Below, piece after piece: positions 1 through 11,699 of a stretch of 64,000 nucleotides of DNA. The translations under genes were made by a program, and so were the position numbers. The DNA lies in the NCBI RefSeq assembly GCF_006345805.1, contig NC_043006.1, positions 49,910,001 to 49,974,000 on the forward strand. Reading direction: 5' to 3'. Source of the stretch: Octopus sinensis. Taxonomy: Eukaryota. The notes beneath the pieces are model-generated. The model had not been told where the DNA came from, ran no database searches, and saw nothing but the letters and a program-made list of their open reading frames with translations. Positions within the stretch are counted from its first letter, which is position 1, and each line of letters begins with the position of its first letter.

Positions 1-611
1 CCTCCCCACCAGAAATTACCAAAAACATGTAATGAAAAGAAATATAACAAGTAACTGCAGAATATGTGGAGATGGATAAGAAACAATAAATCATATTATC
101 TCTGGCTGCCCAGTCCTGGCTAAGAAGGAATATATTCACAGACATGACAGAGTTGGAACCTACATACATTGAAAGCTATGCCAACATTATGGAATAACAA
201 CTGAAAAAAGATGGTATAGGCACACACCAGAAAAGGTCACAGAAAACGAGAAAGCAACCATACTCTGGGATATACCGATACACACAGATAGAGAAATTAA
301 GGCCAACAGACCAGATATAGTTATCAGAGATCATGAAGAAAAAAATGCTTTCTAATTGATGTATCAATACCGGCATATGACAACGTGTCTCTAAAAGAAA
401 TATTCAGACAAATACATAACAAAAACACCAGGACTTACAAACACATATAACATACAGAAAATTGCACTACTAGGCACTGCACACATCCTACGCAGAACAC
501 TTTCCATACGATAACCATCAGAGCATCACAACAAATCACAGCACATACCCAAGGCACACAGAGCTGCGCTCGGTAGTGAAGTGAAAGCACGCTATAAAAA
601 TAAAACTACTG
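1..611 (+). mobile_element. R4/Dong-clade non-LTR retrotransposon 3' fragment (CCHC knuckle + restriction-like endonuclease, degenerate) with 3' UTR
   Basis: Manual translation from nt 2: CRICGDG*ETINHIISGC (CCHC), RHDRVG, ILWD, ANRPDIV, then IQKIALLGTAHILRRTLSIR* (stop 512-514). Contains stops, a frameshift and an internal deletion; followed directly by (TAA)n. Confidence 0.9.
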
Positions 612-642
612 AATAATAATAATATTAATAATAATAATAACG

Positions 643-700
<58 letters not shown>

Positions 701-723
701 TAATAATGATAATAATGATGATA

Positions 724-779
<56 letters not shown>

Positions 780-804
780 GGTGGTGGTGGTGATGATGAT
801 GATG

Positions 805-867
<63 letters not shown>
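612..867. repeat. Compound trinucleotide microsatellite TAA-TGA-TGG-TGA-TAA
   Basis: Read directly. Confidence 0.97.
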
Positions 868-1004
868 TTAATAAGTAGTTCGGTATGTTAAAAGAACTGT
901 TATCGGTAAACTTGGACAAAATTTTTTATAATTATGAGTATAATTATAATTAGAGTTCAGCAAACATTTGCTTCACCACATACCGAACCCTAATTATAAT
1001 TATA

Positions 1005-1008
1005 CTCA

Positions 1009-1086
<78 letters not shown>

Positions 1087-1180
1087 GTATGTATATACAT
1101 ATATATATACATATATACATATATATATACATATATACGTATATACATATATATATATATACATATATATATACATATAC

Positions 1181-1274
<94 letters not shown>

Positions 1275-1600
1275 CCTGTTAAAAAATAGTAATGGTATTT
1301 TATATAAGCTTAAATATTATGGCAGTGACCAAGGAAAATAGTCTAATAAAGAAGCATAAGCCCTCGACAGAAAAAGAAGGCTTTCCTATCCGCATGCATA
1401 TGTACACACACACACACACACACATACACACACACATACACACACACATACACACACACATACACACACTTACACACATACACACACATATACACACACA
1501 CAAACACACATATATACATGTATGTATATATACATATATATGTATGAATATATATATACACATATATGTGTGTAGAGAGAGAGTGTGAGAGACACATATA
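1005..1600. repeat. (TA)n and (CA)n/(TACA)n microsatellite tracts
   Basis: Read directly. Representative of dozens of TA, CA, ATAC, GATA and GACA tracts across the window that are not all listed. Confidence 0.95.
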
Positions 1601-2014
1601 TGTATGGCAATTACTTGTCTATAATTTAAGATGGCTTCTACGAAATATAAAATAAATTGAAGATATAAATTAATATTATTGAAACTATTTTTTCTTTTGT
1701 TATTGAAAGCAAGAAAGCGTGGACTCAATATTTCGATAAAAGGAAAAATTCAAAATAAAAATAAAACCAAATATATTAACATGAGATTTCTTCTCATGAG
1801 ACGTCCTACATTTTGAAATATTGACAAGTTGAATATATGTATTCTTTGCAATATTTTTTAACCTAGTTTCTTCACCCTAGATATGAATAAGTCATAATCA
1901 CTTTCAATTACAAGCTTTTGTTAAACGCAAACTGATAACAATAAACTATTATATAAATAAGAAAAACAAGGAAAACAGAAAGAATGAGAAAATATACAAA
2001 ATCTGTTATGTAAA

Positions 2015-2540
2015 ATCCGTTCTGTCTGTCTGTGTGTGTGTCTTCTAGGATCTCGGGCATCCTCCGTTCGATTACGCTCAAATTTGATATGTAGATACCG
2101 ATGGTATCAGGGCGTGTATAAGTCTTGAAAAAATTACAAAAATCGATTCAATGTGAGAATGCGATCGATATAGCCGTGGGAACGTGCATTTGTACGCGCA
2201 AGTACATCAGCTGTTGCGATCGATACTACGCGTGCGCGAGAAAAATGCACGTGCAGTTTGCGCAAAAAAAGCCGGCCTGTTTGGTGTCTCAAATTTAGGT
2301 TAAATCAGTGTTTCTCAAAGGGGAGGCCTATGGGACGGTCGGTCAAGTTGATTTGAGAAAATTTGGTTTAAATGTTTGATAACTCAGCACCGTCCATTGG
2401 ACGGGGAGCGTTTTGCTCGTAATTTATATGAGTAAAATGTAGGAAATATTTAAACCATGTATGGTCGGTCGGCAAATGATCGATGCGTAGTTCGATGGCC
2501 ATCGTGTTCTTTTTCCTGTCTAACGCAGCGCTTATATTGT
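2015..2540. mobile_element. Possible Helentron-associated (HINE/DINE-1-like) non-autonomous element
   Basis: CTGTCTGTGTGT micro-repeat followed by an ATCTCGG...CGATTACGCTCAAATTTGATATG core resembling HINE-type cores, and a CpG-rich island in AT-rich DNA. Ends not defined. Confidence 0.35.
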
Positions 2541-4452
2541 AACATACATACATACATACATACATACATACATACATACATACATACATACATACATACA
2601 TACATACATACATACATACATACATACATACATACATACATACATACATACGTACGTAGAGAATCAATAACGTGATCCTAAACACGCTATGTCTTCAAAA
2701 GCCAAGACGAAACTGTCACATCTGAAGTACCTTTGATCATATACGTGTGTAACCAGAAAATTCTTATGCGTGTTTTATTTGCTTGTTGTTCAGATTTTAA
2801 ATCAACCACCTAAATCTTAGCTATAAGTAGCATCGATAATTTCCGTAGCTTATTTTCTTACATTGATCGTACAAATCAGATTTGCTTTCAAAAGGTATCC
2901 ATATACAACATCCTGCATACATGCAAAGAATTTTCCTCCATCCTTTGCAGCTTTTCAACTCACTGCTTTAAAAACCTATGTTCGAAGGAACTACCTTCCG
3001 TTAAAGGCAAGAAATTTTACCACAAAGAATGCTTAAATACAAGGTTGAGGTTTAGTTATGAAAAATGTTCCTGTGTGGTTGTGAAGTGAAGAGAAAACTT
3101 TAGACTAGACTAGCAGCATCGCCATCAATGACTCGGCTCTTTCGTCGAAATCTAATGAAGAATGCTACAAATACCCAGGTATAAATGAAAACTTAACTTA
3201 TCTTAGTTTTCTTTTTTATCTTATCTTGTATAAATGAAAACTTATCTTATCTGAAACAAAGAACGTGTCACCAAGAAATATAACAGCCGGATATTAAAAA
3301 TATAAACCGTACAACTCTCAGTACACAATTAAGCAGTAACTCACATTGCGTTAGCAGCATCAGTACCCACACTAACATTTGGGCTACTTGATTGGAGGCT
3401 TGGAGAAATCCGAGCTATTGATATAAAAAACCCAAAAGATACTGACCAGCACGAATAATTTTCACATCAACAATGACGTAAACCAGCTCTACTAAAAACG
3501 AAAATAAGTGGGCAATGGCTATCATCTATTCAAAAAGAGGGAAAGATTCTTGGTGTTGTTTATCGTGGACAGGGATTGTGCAGGCCAAACTGTCAATTCC
3601 CAAGATATGATGACTCGATTTTTACTCAGGTTACCAACAATCATGTTATCAGTTAAAACGAATACAAGACAAAGAACATTGTATCATGGAGCTAAATAAT
3701 TTTCTATGTTCTGGAAATATATTTAAAAATCAGAAGATAGTTTATCAGTTGACATATTTCACATTTTCCTGGAAGGTTCTTAACTGCTACTTTTCGCTTT
3801 TCATTTCAACAGAATATTATACTCGCATATGTAAATGTAATACCATTCTTAAAAGCAGATCAAATAAAAAAAAAAAGAAAACTATGAATCTTCCATAATA
3901 TTAACTCGTGACTTTATATGCTTAGTAACGATTCACTCAAGAATTCTCCACATTTATTGCACAGCCTGTTAGAGTATTCATATTTCTTTAAGAAATAAAA
4001 AAAAAACAGAGGTGATACATTAGATCTAACCCAATTAATAAGAACTGACTTTGGAGATAAACACTAACTATATTGTCACGAGCCGGGTCGAATACTGCTA
4101 CACAGGTGCACCATCTGATAGAATTAGTATTTAATTTTCCTTCAAACTGGAACACTATCCGCCTAAAAATGTAAGTGCACATTGTGTAATGCTGTCTGGG
4201 AGACATTATGCCATAAAGAAAGAAAAGTCGAGATGCTGAAAATCTAAAGTTGTTTGAATGGCTGTCTACGCATCACACGCTTGATCGATTAAGCTGGCAT
4301 ATCGCTAAACAGCAATACTAATCTAGTTAGGAGTTTTTGTTTCTTGAATTGTGACGAGTTTTTTGAGTTTTATTTTTTTCTTTGTTGTACAAATGTAAAG
4401 AACAAGGAAATAGAAGAGTATATATTTACTAATACACACATGCCGGTACATA

Positions 4453-4486
<34 letters not shown>

Positions 4487-4517
4487 TATCTGTGTATTAT
4501 AGATAAATATAGATAGG

Positions 4518-4589
<72 letters not shown>

Positions 4590-4642
4590 CAGGTAAGCAG
4601 ACAGAAAGACAGATAGACAGACAGACAAACAGACATACAAAC

Positions 4643-4681
<39 letters not shown>

Positions 4682-4887
4682 GTGAAATAGAAAGATGAAT
4701 AATCTTGTAGTAGATTAATCAAAAGTTTAACCGATACCTTAGTAGCAAAAATCACAGCAGTGAACAGCACGGTTGGAGGTACAACCATCTGGCGTTGCAA
4801 CCGTGCGTTGGTGCGGATATTGAAATTAAAACATTATTGGTGAATTGAAGAAATGGAGCTGAACGCAGATTGAACAGAATCGTTTTA

Positions 4888-4976
4888 TTTCATTCTACAC
4901 GTGTTTCGAAAGGCACAAATTACCAAAATCCGATTGAATAATGGGACCATATTGTGTCTTTCTCTTCAGGAAGAAA
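4888..4976 (-). ncRNA. Hammerhead ribozyme (mirror copy in the left inverted arm)
   Basis: Reverse complement of the 6354-6443 motif. Confidence 0.75.
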
Positions 4977-5587
4977 AAAGGAAATCCGTTGGAAAAACAA
5001 AAACAGAACAGAGGCAGAGCAAAAAACAAATCGAACTGTGCTCCTAAGAGCCCATGGCGAAACTGTTTATCAGTGTATGTTGAGAACCGGTGGCTGAAGA
5101 ATTCAACAGGTCAGGCATCGGTCAACATGTGGGTGAGGGTGTATAGATGTTCTTTGTGACCGAGAATAAAGTTCTGACTATTTAAAGAATATTGGATGTT
5201 TTATAAGGGGCGAGAAAAAATCTACTTAGAGACGTGTGTGTGTGTATACTGTTCTATATATGTGTGTGTTGGCGTAGGGGTAGAAAACATTTTTTGTGTA
5301 CGTGTGTGCGTTTGATCGTTCGGCTGTCAGTGGCTACTGCCGTGATAACCGTTGGGTGGCAGAAAGAAAAAAATATAAAGAAATTATATATATATATTTT
5401 ATGTTTTATGTGTGTGTGTGTGTGTTCATCTAAGCCTACCTTGACAAGGAAACCCCCCGCTGTGAAAAAACAAGCCCCGTTTGTCTTACAGGAGTAATTT
5501 CCCTTGCAGTGGTTAATTGTAGATATCTTAAAATCTATTTCAGAATTTGTTACCAAGGGCTATGGGTGCCGGTCTTATTTATAAACG

Positions 5588-5867
5588 CTATTTAAAGGCC
5601 AGATAAGTGTAACGCCGCCAATGGGGGCATCGAAAAGCCGACTGTAAGAGCCCGTTTACCATCCGGCCTCTGGCAAACAAAATATGGAAGAGTTCGGAGA
5701 CACAAAGGTTGCACTGTCTTCTGCCCCTATCAAATGGGAGGGCCACCGACAAAATTGACCATTCCAGCCTATAGCTTAAGTTCGCATCCTTCAGTCGCCA
5801 TATTAGCTTACTGAGTCCCGTGGTCTGGCGCTTGTTCACGTCCCGAAAAGTTGCGTAATGGTTGGAG
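5588..5867 (-). pseudogene. PLE GIY-YIG endonuclease C-terminal fragment
   Basis: NHYATF...TGLSKLIWRLKD...LEWSIL...RQCNLCVSELFHIL...CPH matches the PLE endonuclease pattern NH..F..LSK.IW.LK..W.I..C.LC..E..C.H. It is 5'-truncated at the inversion point. Confidence 0.8.
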
Positions 5868-6353
5868 ACAGCGGGGGGTTTCCTTGTCAAGGTAGGCTTA
5901 GATGAACACACACACACACACATAAAACATAAAATATATATATATAATTTCTTTATTTTTTTTTCTTTCTGCCACCCAACGGTTATCACGGCAGTAGCCA
6001 CTGACAGCCGAACGATCAAACGCACACACGTACACAAAAAATGTTTTCTACCCCTACGCCAACACACACATATATAGAACAGTATACACACACACACGTC
6101 TCTAAGTAGATTTTTTCTCGCCCCTTATAAAACATCCAATATTCTTTAAATAGTCAGAACTTTATTCTCGGTCACAAAGAACATCTATACACCCTCACCC
6201 ACATGTTTGACCGACGCCTGACCTGTTGAATTCTTCAGCCACCGGTTCTCAACATACACTGATAAACAGTTTCGCCATGGGCTCTTAGGAGCACAGTTCG
6301 ATTTGTTTTTTGCTCTGCCTCTGTTCTGTTTTGTTTTTCCAACGGATTTCCTT

Positions 6354-6443
6354 TTTTCTTCCTGAAGAGAAAGACACAATATGGTCCCATTATTCAATCG
6401 GATTTTGGTAATTTGTGCCTTTCGAAACACGTGTAGAATGAAA
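6354..6443 (+). ncRNA. Type I hammerhead ribozyme, canonical core, palindromic stem III
   Basis: CTGAAGA 6362-6368; stem II G-AAAG(A)CACAA/TTGTG(C)CTTT-C; GAAAC 6424-6428; palindrome ACACGTGT; GTA triplet 6433-6435; stem I TTTCTTC/GAATGAAA. Confidence 0.75.
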
Positions 6444-6523
6444 TAAAACGATTTCTGTTCAATCTGCGTTCAGCTCCATTTCTTCAATTCACCAATAATG
6501 TTTTATATATATATATATTATAT

Positions 6524-6604
<81 letters not shown>

Positions 6605-7372
6605 CAGACAGACGGCCAGATACTTGCATACATACATACATACATACATACATACATACATACATACATACATACATACATACATACGTAGTTGGTGTAC
6701 CGATGTACTCAGAATAACAGGAACAAATCTCAGAACTGAAAGTAAAATAACAGATATTCAATGAAGATGAAAAATGTTCAGGATTACGAGTTACTGCATT
6801 TTAATCTGCCGAATCTCCATAATATAAAAAACGCTTAAGAATATTTAGAATCGAAGACAAAGGCGGCAGTGAATTTTTGTCGGGATAGTGGTGAAAGTAG
6901 ACTTGTCAATTGTGTAACATATGAGACAGTTTAAACATTAAAATATGGAGGTATATGAGAAATATTTAATTATTCAGAAAGCGATCGGTTGGAAAGAAAT
7001 CAGGATTAGATCACTTGGTTTTCGTAAAATTATTATTACAGAAAATCACTTTCATTCGCTATTCTCACTTTTGATGAGAAGGGGAGAATGAGGACTCATG
7101 CGTTCAAGAAGAGAATGAAAATCGTATTAAAATTAAAATATCAAAAGAAACACGAATTATTTTTATTATTTATAAAACAGTGGATTTTAAAGAAATCGGT
7201 GATTCATCTCGGAGGTCTTGATTTAATCATAGCCATGACTTAATAGTGGTGAAATCACTCACCACTCTAATTAACAATTTTCAGCTGTTTGATCCGATAA
7301 ACAGCTTAAAGTATTTTAGCATTTGGAAACATTTCTGCATACAAAGAGATATCAGCTGTGAATGATAATTGA

Positions 7373-7429
<57 letters not shown>

Positions 7430-7852
7430 CAAAAATAGAATGAGAAAGACAATCAAATAGAAAGGCAGACACAAAAAAAGATGGGGGAGAGAGGGGGGAA
7501 GGGAGAAAGAGAGAGAAAGAGAAAACAAGAGAGAAACTGACAGACAGAGACAGAATGAGAGAGATAAAATGAGAGAGACAATCAATAGAAAGACAGATAC
7601 GAAAGAATGGAGAGAAAGAGAGAGAGAAAGGAGAGAGGGCGATTCGGAAACAATATTTTATACGACTCGGAAATACAAAGAAATAGTACTGTTGTGATAA
7701 TTGCAATACGAGAGACATATCCTAGCCATTCAAAAACACACTAAAACAGGAACTTGTCATTATTTTCCACTGTGGTCCACTAAATATTCCACTGTTACGT
7801 CACTGACCAGGTCACAGTAGGTATGACGAAAATATTGACACTAAATAATAAA

Positions 7853-8318
7853 TTAACCTTTTAACATGGCTCAAATATTCAGCCTACTTTATGCTCAAAC
7901 CGGCAAGATCCAGCCTCTCATACCTACCCAACAATGTCATTCTAAAAATACATAACCAAGTCATCGAAATCTCGAGGTTACGAAATGAGGTATGATTAAT
8001 TCAAAACAATATGAATAAATAAGCATTATAGTTGACAGTGTAGAGGCGTGTGGCCCAGTGGTTAGGTTGTTGGACTCATGATCGTAAGATTGTGATTTCG
8101 ATTCCTGGACCGGGCTACGTGTTGTTCTTGAGCAAAACACTTTATTTCCCGTTATTCCAGTCCACTCAGCTGGCAAAAATGAGTAATCCTGCAACGGACC
8201 GGCGGAGGAGGGTATATATATGCCACGGAAACCGGGAAACCGGCATTATGAATCTATATGACTCGGGAAGGATTTTTACCCTATAATTGACAGGATAATC
8301 TGAATGCTAACGAGTTAA
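7853..8318. mobile_element. Degenerate TTAA-flanked MITE (piggyBac-like ends) interrupted by a SINE
   Basis: TTAACCTTTTAACAT at the left end and ATGCTAACGAGTTAA at the right end are imperfect inverted termini with TTAA. Confidence 0.5.
8039..8281 (+). mobile_element. tRNA-headed SINE, family D
   Basis: A-box TGGCCCAGTGG, B-box-like TTCGATTCC, and a 12-bp TSD TATA(G/A)TTGACAG at 8027-8038 and 8282-8293. Related copy at 44825-45030. Confidence 0.8.
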
Positions 8319-8492
8319 GTGATGTTAACAGTCTGTGTGTTTCTGAATGGCTAATATACGTCTTCCACGTTGCAAATGTTTTAGTTTCAACATAAGGTCT
8401 CAGATGAAATCACGTCTCTAGCAAGTACATCTCCGAAAAAAGCAGTCAGGATTTGCGAAAACCTTCCTGCTTATCAATAATTAAAACATTTC

Positions 8493-8760
8493 TAAGGCAG
8501 CAAGCTGGCAAAAACATTAGCACGCCGTGCGAAATACTTAGCGGTATTTTGTCTGTCTTTACGTTCTGTGTTCAAAGTTCACCGAGATCGACTTTGCTTT
8601 TTATCCTTTCGGAGTCGCTAAAATAAGTACTAGTTGATTACTGGGATCGATGTAATCGACTTCCCGGTTCTTCGAAATTACTGACCTTCTTCCAAAATTC
8701 GAAATTAATAACTAGATATTTCTAAGGCGACAAGCTGTCAGAATCGTTAGTACGCCGAGT
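8493..8760 (+). mobile_element. SINE family A (degenerate) plus a second truncated head
   Basis: GGCAGCAAGCTGGCA...GTTCAAA...GCTTTTTATCCTTTCGGAGTCG...AAGTAC motif shared with many copies in the window. Confidence 0.8.
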
Positions 8761-8815
8761 TTGCTAGGGAAGCTTTCTGTGATAACCACAATATTCTATG
8801 AATCTAAATATTACA

Positions 8816-8892
<77 letters not shown>

Positions 8893-8893
<1 letters not shown>

Positions 8894-9770
8894 TCAGGGA
8901 GTATAACTCCAAACTTACAGGGAAAAATTCAATTTAGTATTAAATCAAATTTCACAATATAAATATATAATATATATATATAAATTAGAGAAAAACCACT
9001 ATTGAGTAATTCAAACAATGACAGACATACACCATATCATATAGAAAAAATAAAATATATGATAAAACATATATCTAGATCACAAAAAGTACATAAACAG
9101 TATATAACAAGTAAAAAGACTAATTACGTTTCATGGTTATAAATTCAATTCGAAGTACAATTAAATTTAATTTTAATCCAAAAATAATTCAATTTAGAAG
9201 TATAGTCACTCCTCAGGTCAACAATAATAACAATAATAGTTAAATAAATACATATTTTTAATAAATAATCAAACAGAATTAAACAATATTTCTTGAAGAA
9301 ATAAAAACATGATTCTTCTTATTAAAGAAACTCTGTTGTTAATTAAATTTGAAACTTAAAAAGTAGGACCAGGTGTCTATAATACATTTATCACGTTAAA
9401 AACCTAAGGTAAAAAAATAGAGTAAATAGATAGAAATATGGGAAGTTATATTTTAGCTTTGAGAATAATTTAAACAAACTATAGTATATCTTTACTGGAA
9501 AAATATAAGAGTCCAATTATTTAAAATAAAAATACTTAAAATAAATCATATACTTAAGCTAAATTACTACAATTTAATCTATATTTATCAATTAAATAAA
9601 TTATATATTAATTATTAATTAAATAAACACCTAATTTGATCCGACACTAACTATGTACTAAACTCTATACAAAATATGTGTAGACTTATGATATATCTTA
9701 TATCAACAACGTTACAGCCACAACCCTGAAATACATAATAGTGTTTTTTCTCTAATTTATATATATATAT
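8893..9770 (-). mobile_element. AT-rich PLE-type terminal-repeat remnant with degenerate hammerhead (9118-9219)
   Basis: Minus strand GAC-CTGAGGA-GTG...CAT-GAAAC-GTAA-TTA-GTC; stem III imperfect. Confidence 0.4.
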
Positions 9771-9959
9771 ATTCTTTTATTTAACTGCAGTCATGCTGGA
9801 GCATTACCTTCTTACCACATAGCCACGCCATATAAATAACCTTTCGAAGCGTCGATTGTGTTTGGTATTTTACAAGCAAGAAAGTAAATTACGAACGCAG
9901 TATAGCTGTGAAAACTGCAGAAAGATTGGGTACTTTACCTGATAAGATGAAAAAAAAGT

Positions 9960-10030
9960 AGGCGGTTATGGGAATCAAACCCGTACCCCTCAGATACCGA
10001 CTGAGGTCTCTACCAGTAAGCTAAACACCT
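9960..10030 (-). pseudogene. tRNA-like pseudogene or SINE head
   Basis: TAGCTTACTGGTAGAG (A-box), perfect arm CCTCAG/CTGAGG with loop TCGGTAT, T-arm GGGTTTGATTCCC. The acceptor stem has 3 mismatches and position 33 is C. Confidence 0.65.
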
Positions 10031-10272
10031 CGCTAATAACAATTACCGTCAACTTTAAAGCTAAATAATAACTTTCTCGAGTGCGACATTTTACAAACTA
10101 ACTTTGGAATCGTGGAATGTGTTCGGTATTTTATAGACAAGAAAGTAAATTTCGGACGCAGCATAACTGATAAAACAACAGAAAGATTGGGTATTTACTT
10201 TTATAAGACGGTAATTGTTGTCAGTGAGACTTGTCATTTCTTGTCTGTAATATATATATATATATTATATAT

Positions 10273-10308
<36 letters not shown>

Positions 10309-10310
10309 CA

Positions 10311-11684
10311 GGATTATTTATGGACGATCGTTTCTGGATTAGAATCGTAAAGTTCATTTCCTTATCAACATAATATTTCCCATAAATCTAGAAATGCTAG
10401 GAAAAACTTACCGCCTATATATTCGACCAGGCGACATCGAAAGATATGAGTCCGCTAGCATATCCACATTTATATGGACAAGCGAATTCGTATCTCCCTC
10501 CCAAAATTTCACAACGTGAGTCACAAAAACAGTACTGCCGAAACGAAGTTTCTCAGTTTTATTGTAGGGGAGTAAAAGTATTCAATACAGATAAAAGGTG
10601 AAATATAATTAATTTAATAAAATCAATAAATTTCACTTAGTAGTGTTTCGGTATGGAAAGGACCATATTCGGTAAAAATTTATATAATCATAATAAAGGG
10701 TTTTTTGCAACAAGTTGCTTAAACCACATACCGAAAAAATTAGAAATAGCAGTCAAAGGGCTACTATTGCTATCACTACAAAAATAAGTCTCCGCAAACA
10801 ACAGCCTTTGTAACTCATATATGTTGATAAGGAAATGAACTTTACGATTCTAACCCAAAAACGATCGTCCATAGTTAATCCAGTAGACTGTGTGATTCGT
10901 TGTTTTCCTTTCTTCTTTTACCATATATGAGTTACAAAGGCTGTTGTTTGCGGAGGCTCATTTTTGTAGTGATAGTAATAGTAGCCCTTTGACTGCTATT
11001 TCTAATTTTTTTGGTATGTGGTTTAAGCAACTTGTTGCAAAAAACCTTTTATTATAATTATATAAATTTTTACCGAATATGGTCCTTTCCATACCGAAAC
11101 ACTACTAGGTGAAATTTATTGATTTTATTAAATTAATTATATTTCACCCTTTATCTGTATTGAATACTTTTACTCCCCTACAATAAAACTGAGAAACTTC
11201 GTTTCGGCAGTACTGTTTTTGTGACTCATGTGGTGAAATTTTGGGAGGGAGATACGAATTCACTTGTCCATATAAATGTGGATATGCTAGCGGACTCTTA
11301 TATCTTTCGATGTCGCCTGGTCGAATATATAGGCGGTAAGTTTTTCCTAGCATTTCTAGATTTATGGGAAATATTATGTTGATAAGGAAATGAACTTTAC
11401 GATTCTAATCCAGAAACGATCGTCCATAATTAATCCAGTAGACTGTGTGATTCGTTGTTTTCCTTTCTTCTTTTACCATATATGAGTTACAAAGGCTGTT
11501 GTTTGCGGAGACTTATTTTTGTAGTGATAGTAATAGTAGCCCTTTGACTGCTATTTCTAATTTTTTTGGTATGTGGTTTAAGCAACTTGTTGCAAAAAAC
11601 CTTTTATTATAATTATATAAATTTTTACCGAATATGGTCCTTTCCATACCGAAACACTACTAGGTGAAATTTATTGATTTTTAT
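10311..11684. repeat. PLE pseudo-LTR array: one inverted copy (10311-10823) plus 1.6 tandem 555-bp units (10820-11375, 11376-11684)
   Basis: 10311-10823 is the reverse complement of 10922-11436; ATGTTGATAAGG recurs at 10821 and 11376; the array lies directly upstream of a PLE RT. Confidence 0.9.
11373..11430 (+). ncRNA. Candidate type I hammerhead ribozyme with U3-A8 variant core
   Basis: Stem I ATTATG/CATAAT (6 bp); core TTGATAA; stem II GGA/TCC; one extra A; GAAAC-GATC-GTC with palindrome ACGATCGT. Intact mirror copy at 10318-10374 (-); mutated copy at 10820-10875. Confidence 0.6.
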
Positions 11685-11699
11685 TTATATATATATACG

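Larger units (their letters stand above)
4681..6505 (-). mobile_element. Penelope-like element 3' fragment with 5' inversion (637-bp inverted arms)
   Basis: 4827-5463 is the reverse complement of 5868-6505 with only about 5-6 differences. The spacer carries a GIY-YIG C-terminus, and each arm carries a hammerhead fold. Confidence 0.85.

Noticed and set aside
2951-3006. Resemblance of TALKTYVRRNY to the acetyl-CoA carboxylase ALEVYVRRAY motif
   Set aside because: Too short and too divergent for such a conserved enzyme, and no other ACC-like exons were seen.
3488-3630. Protein-like frame GQWLSSIQKEGKILGVVYRGQGLCRPNCQFPRYDD
   Set aside because: No polypyrimidine tract, a weak donor, and no recognisable domain.
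9960-10030. Functional tRNA-Thr(GGT)
   Set aside because: The acceptor stem has three mismatches, there is C33 instead of U33, and G34 Thr tRNAs are atypical of eukaryotic nuclei.
11060-11118. Second hammerhead-like motif in the 555-bp unit (CCGAATA-T-GGT...ACC-GAAAC-ACTACTA)
   Set aside because: C3 and U8 cannot pair, stem III is not palindromic, and no register gives both a 7-nt core and an NUH site.
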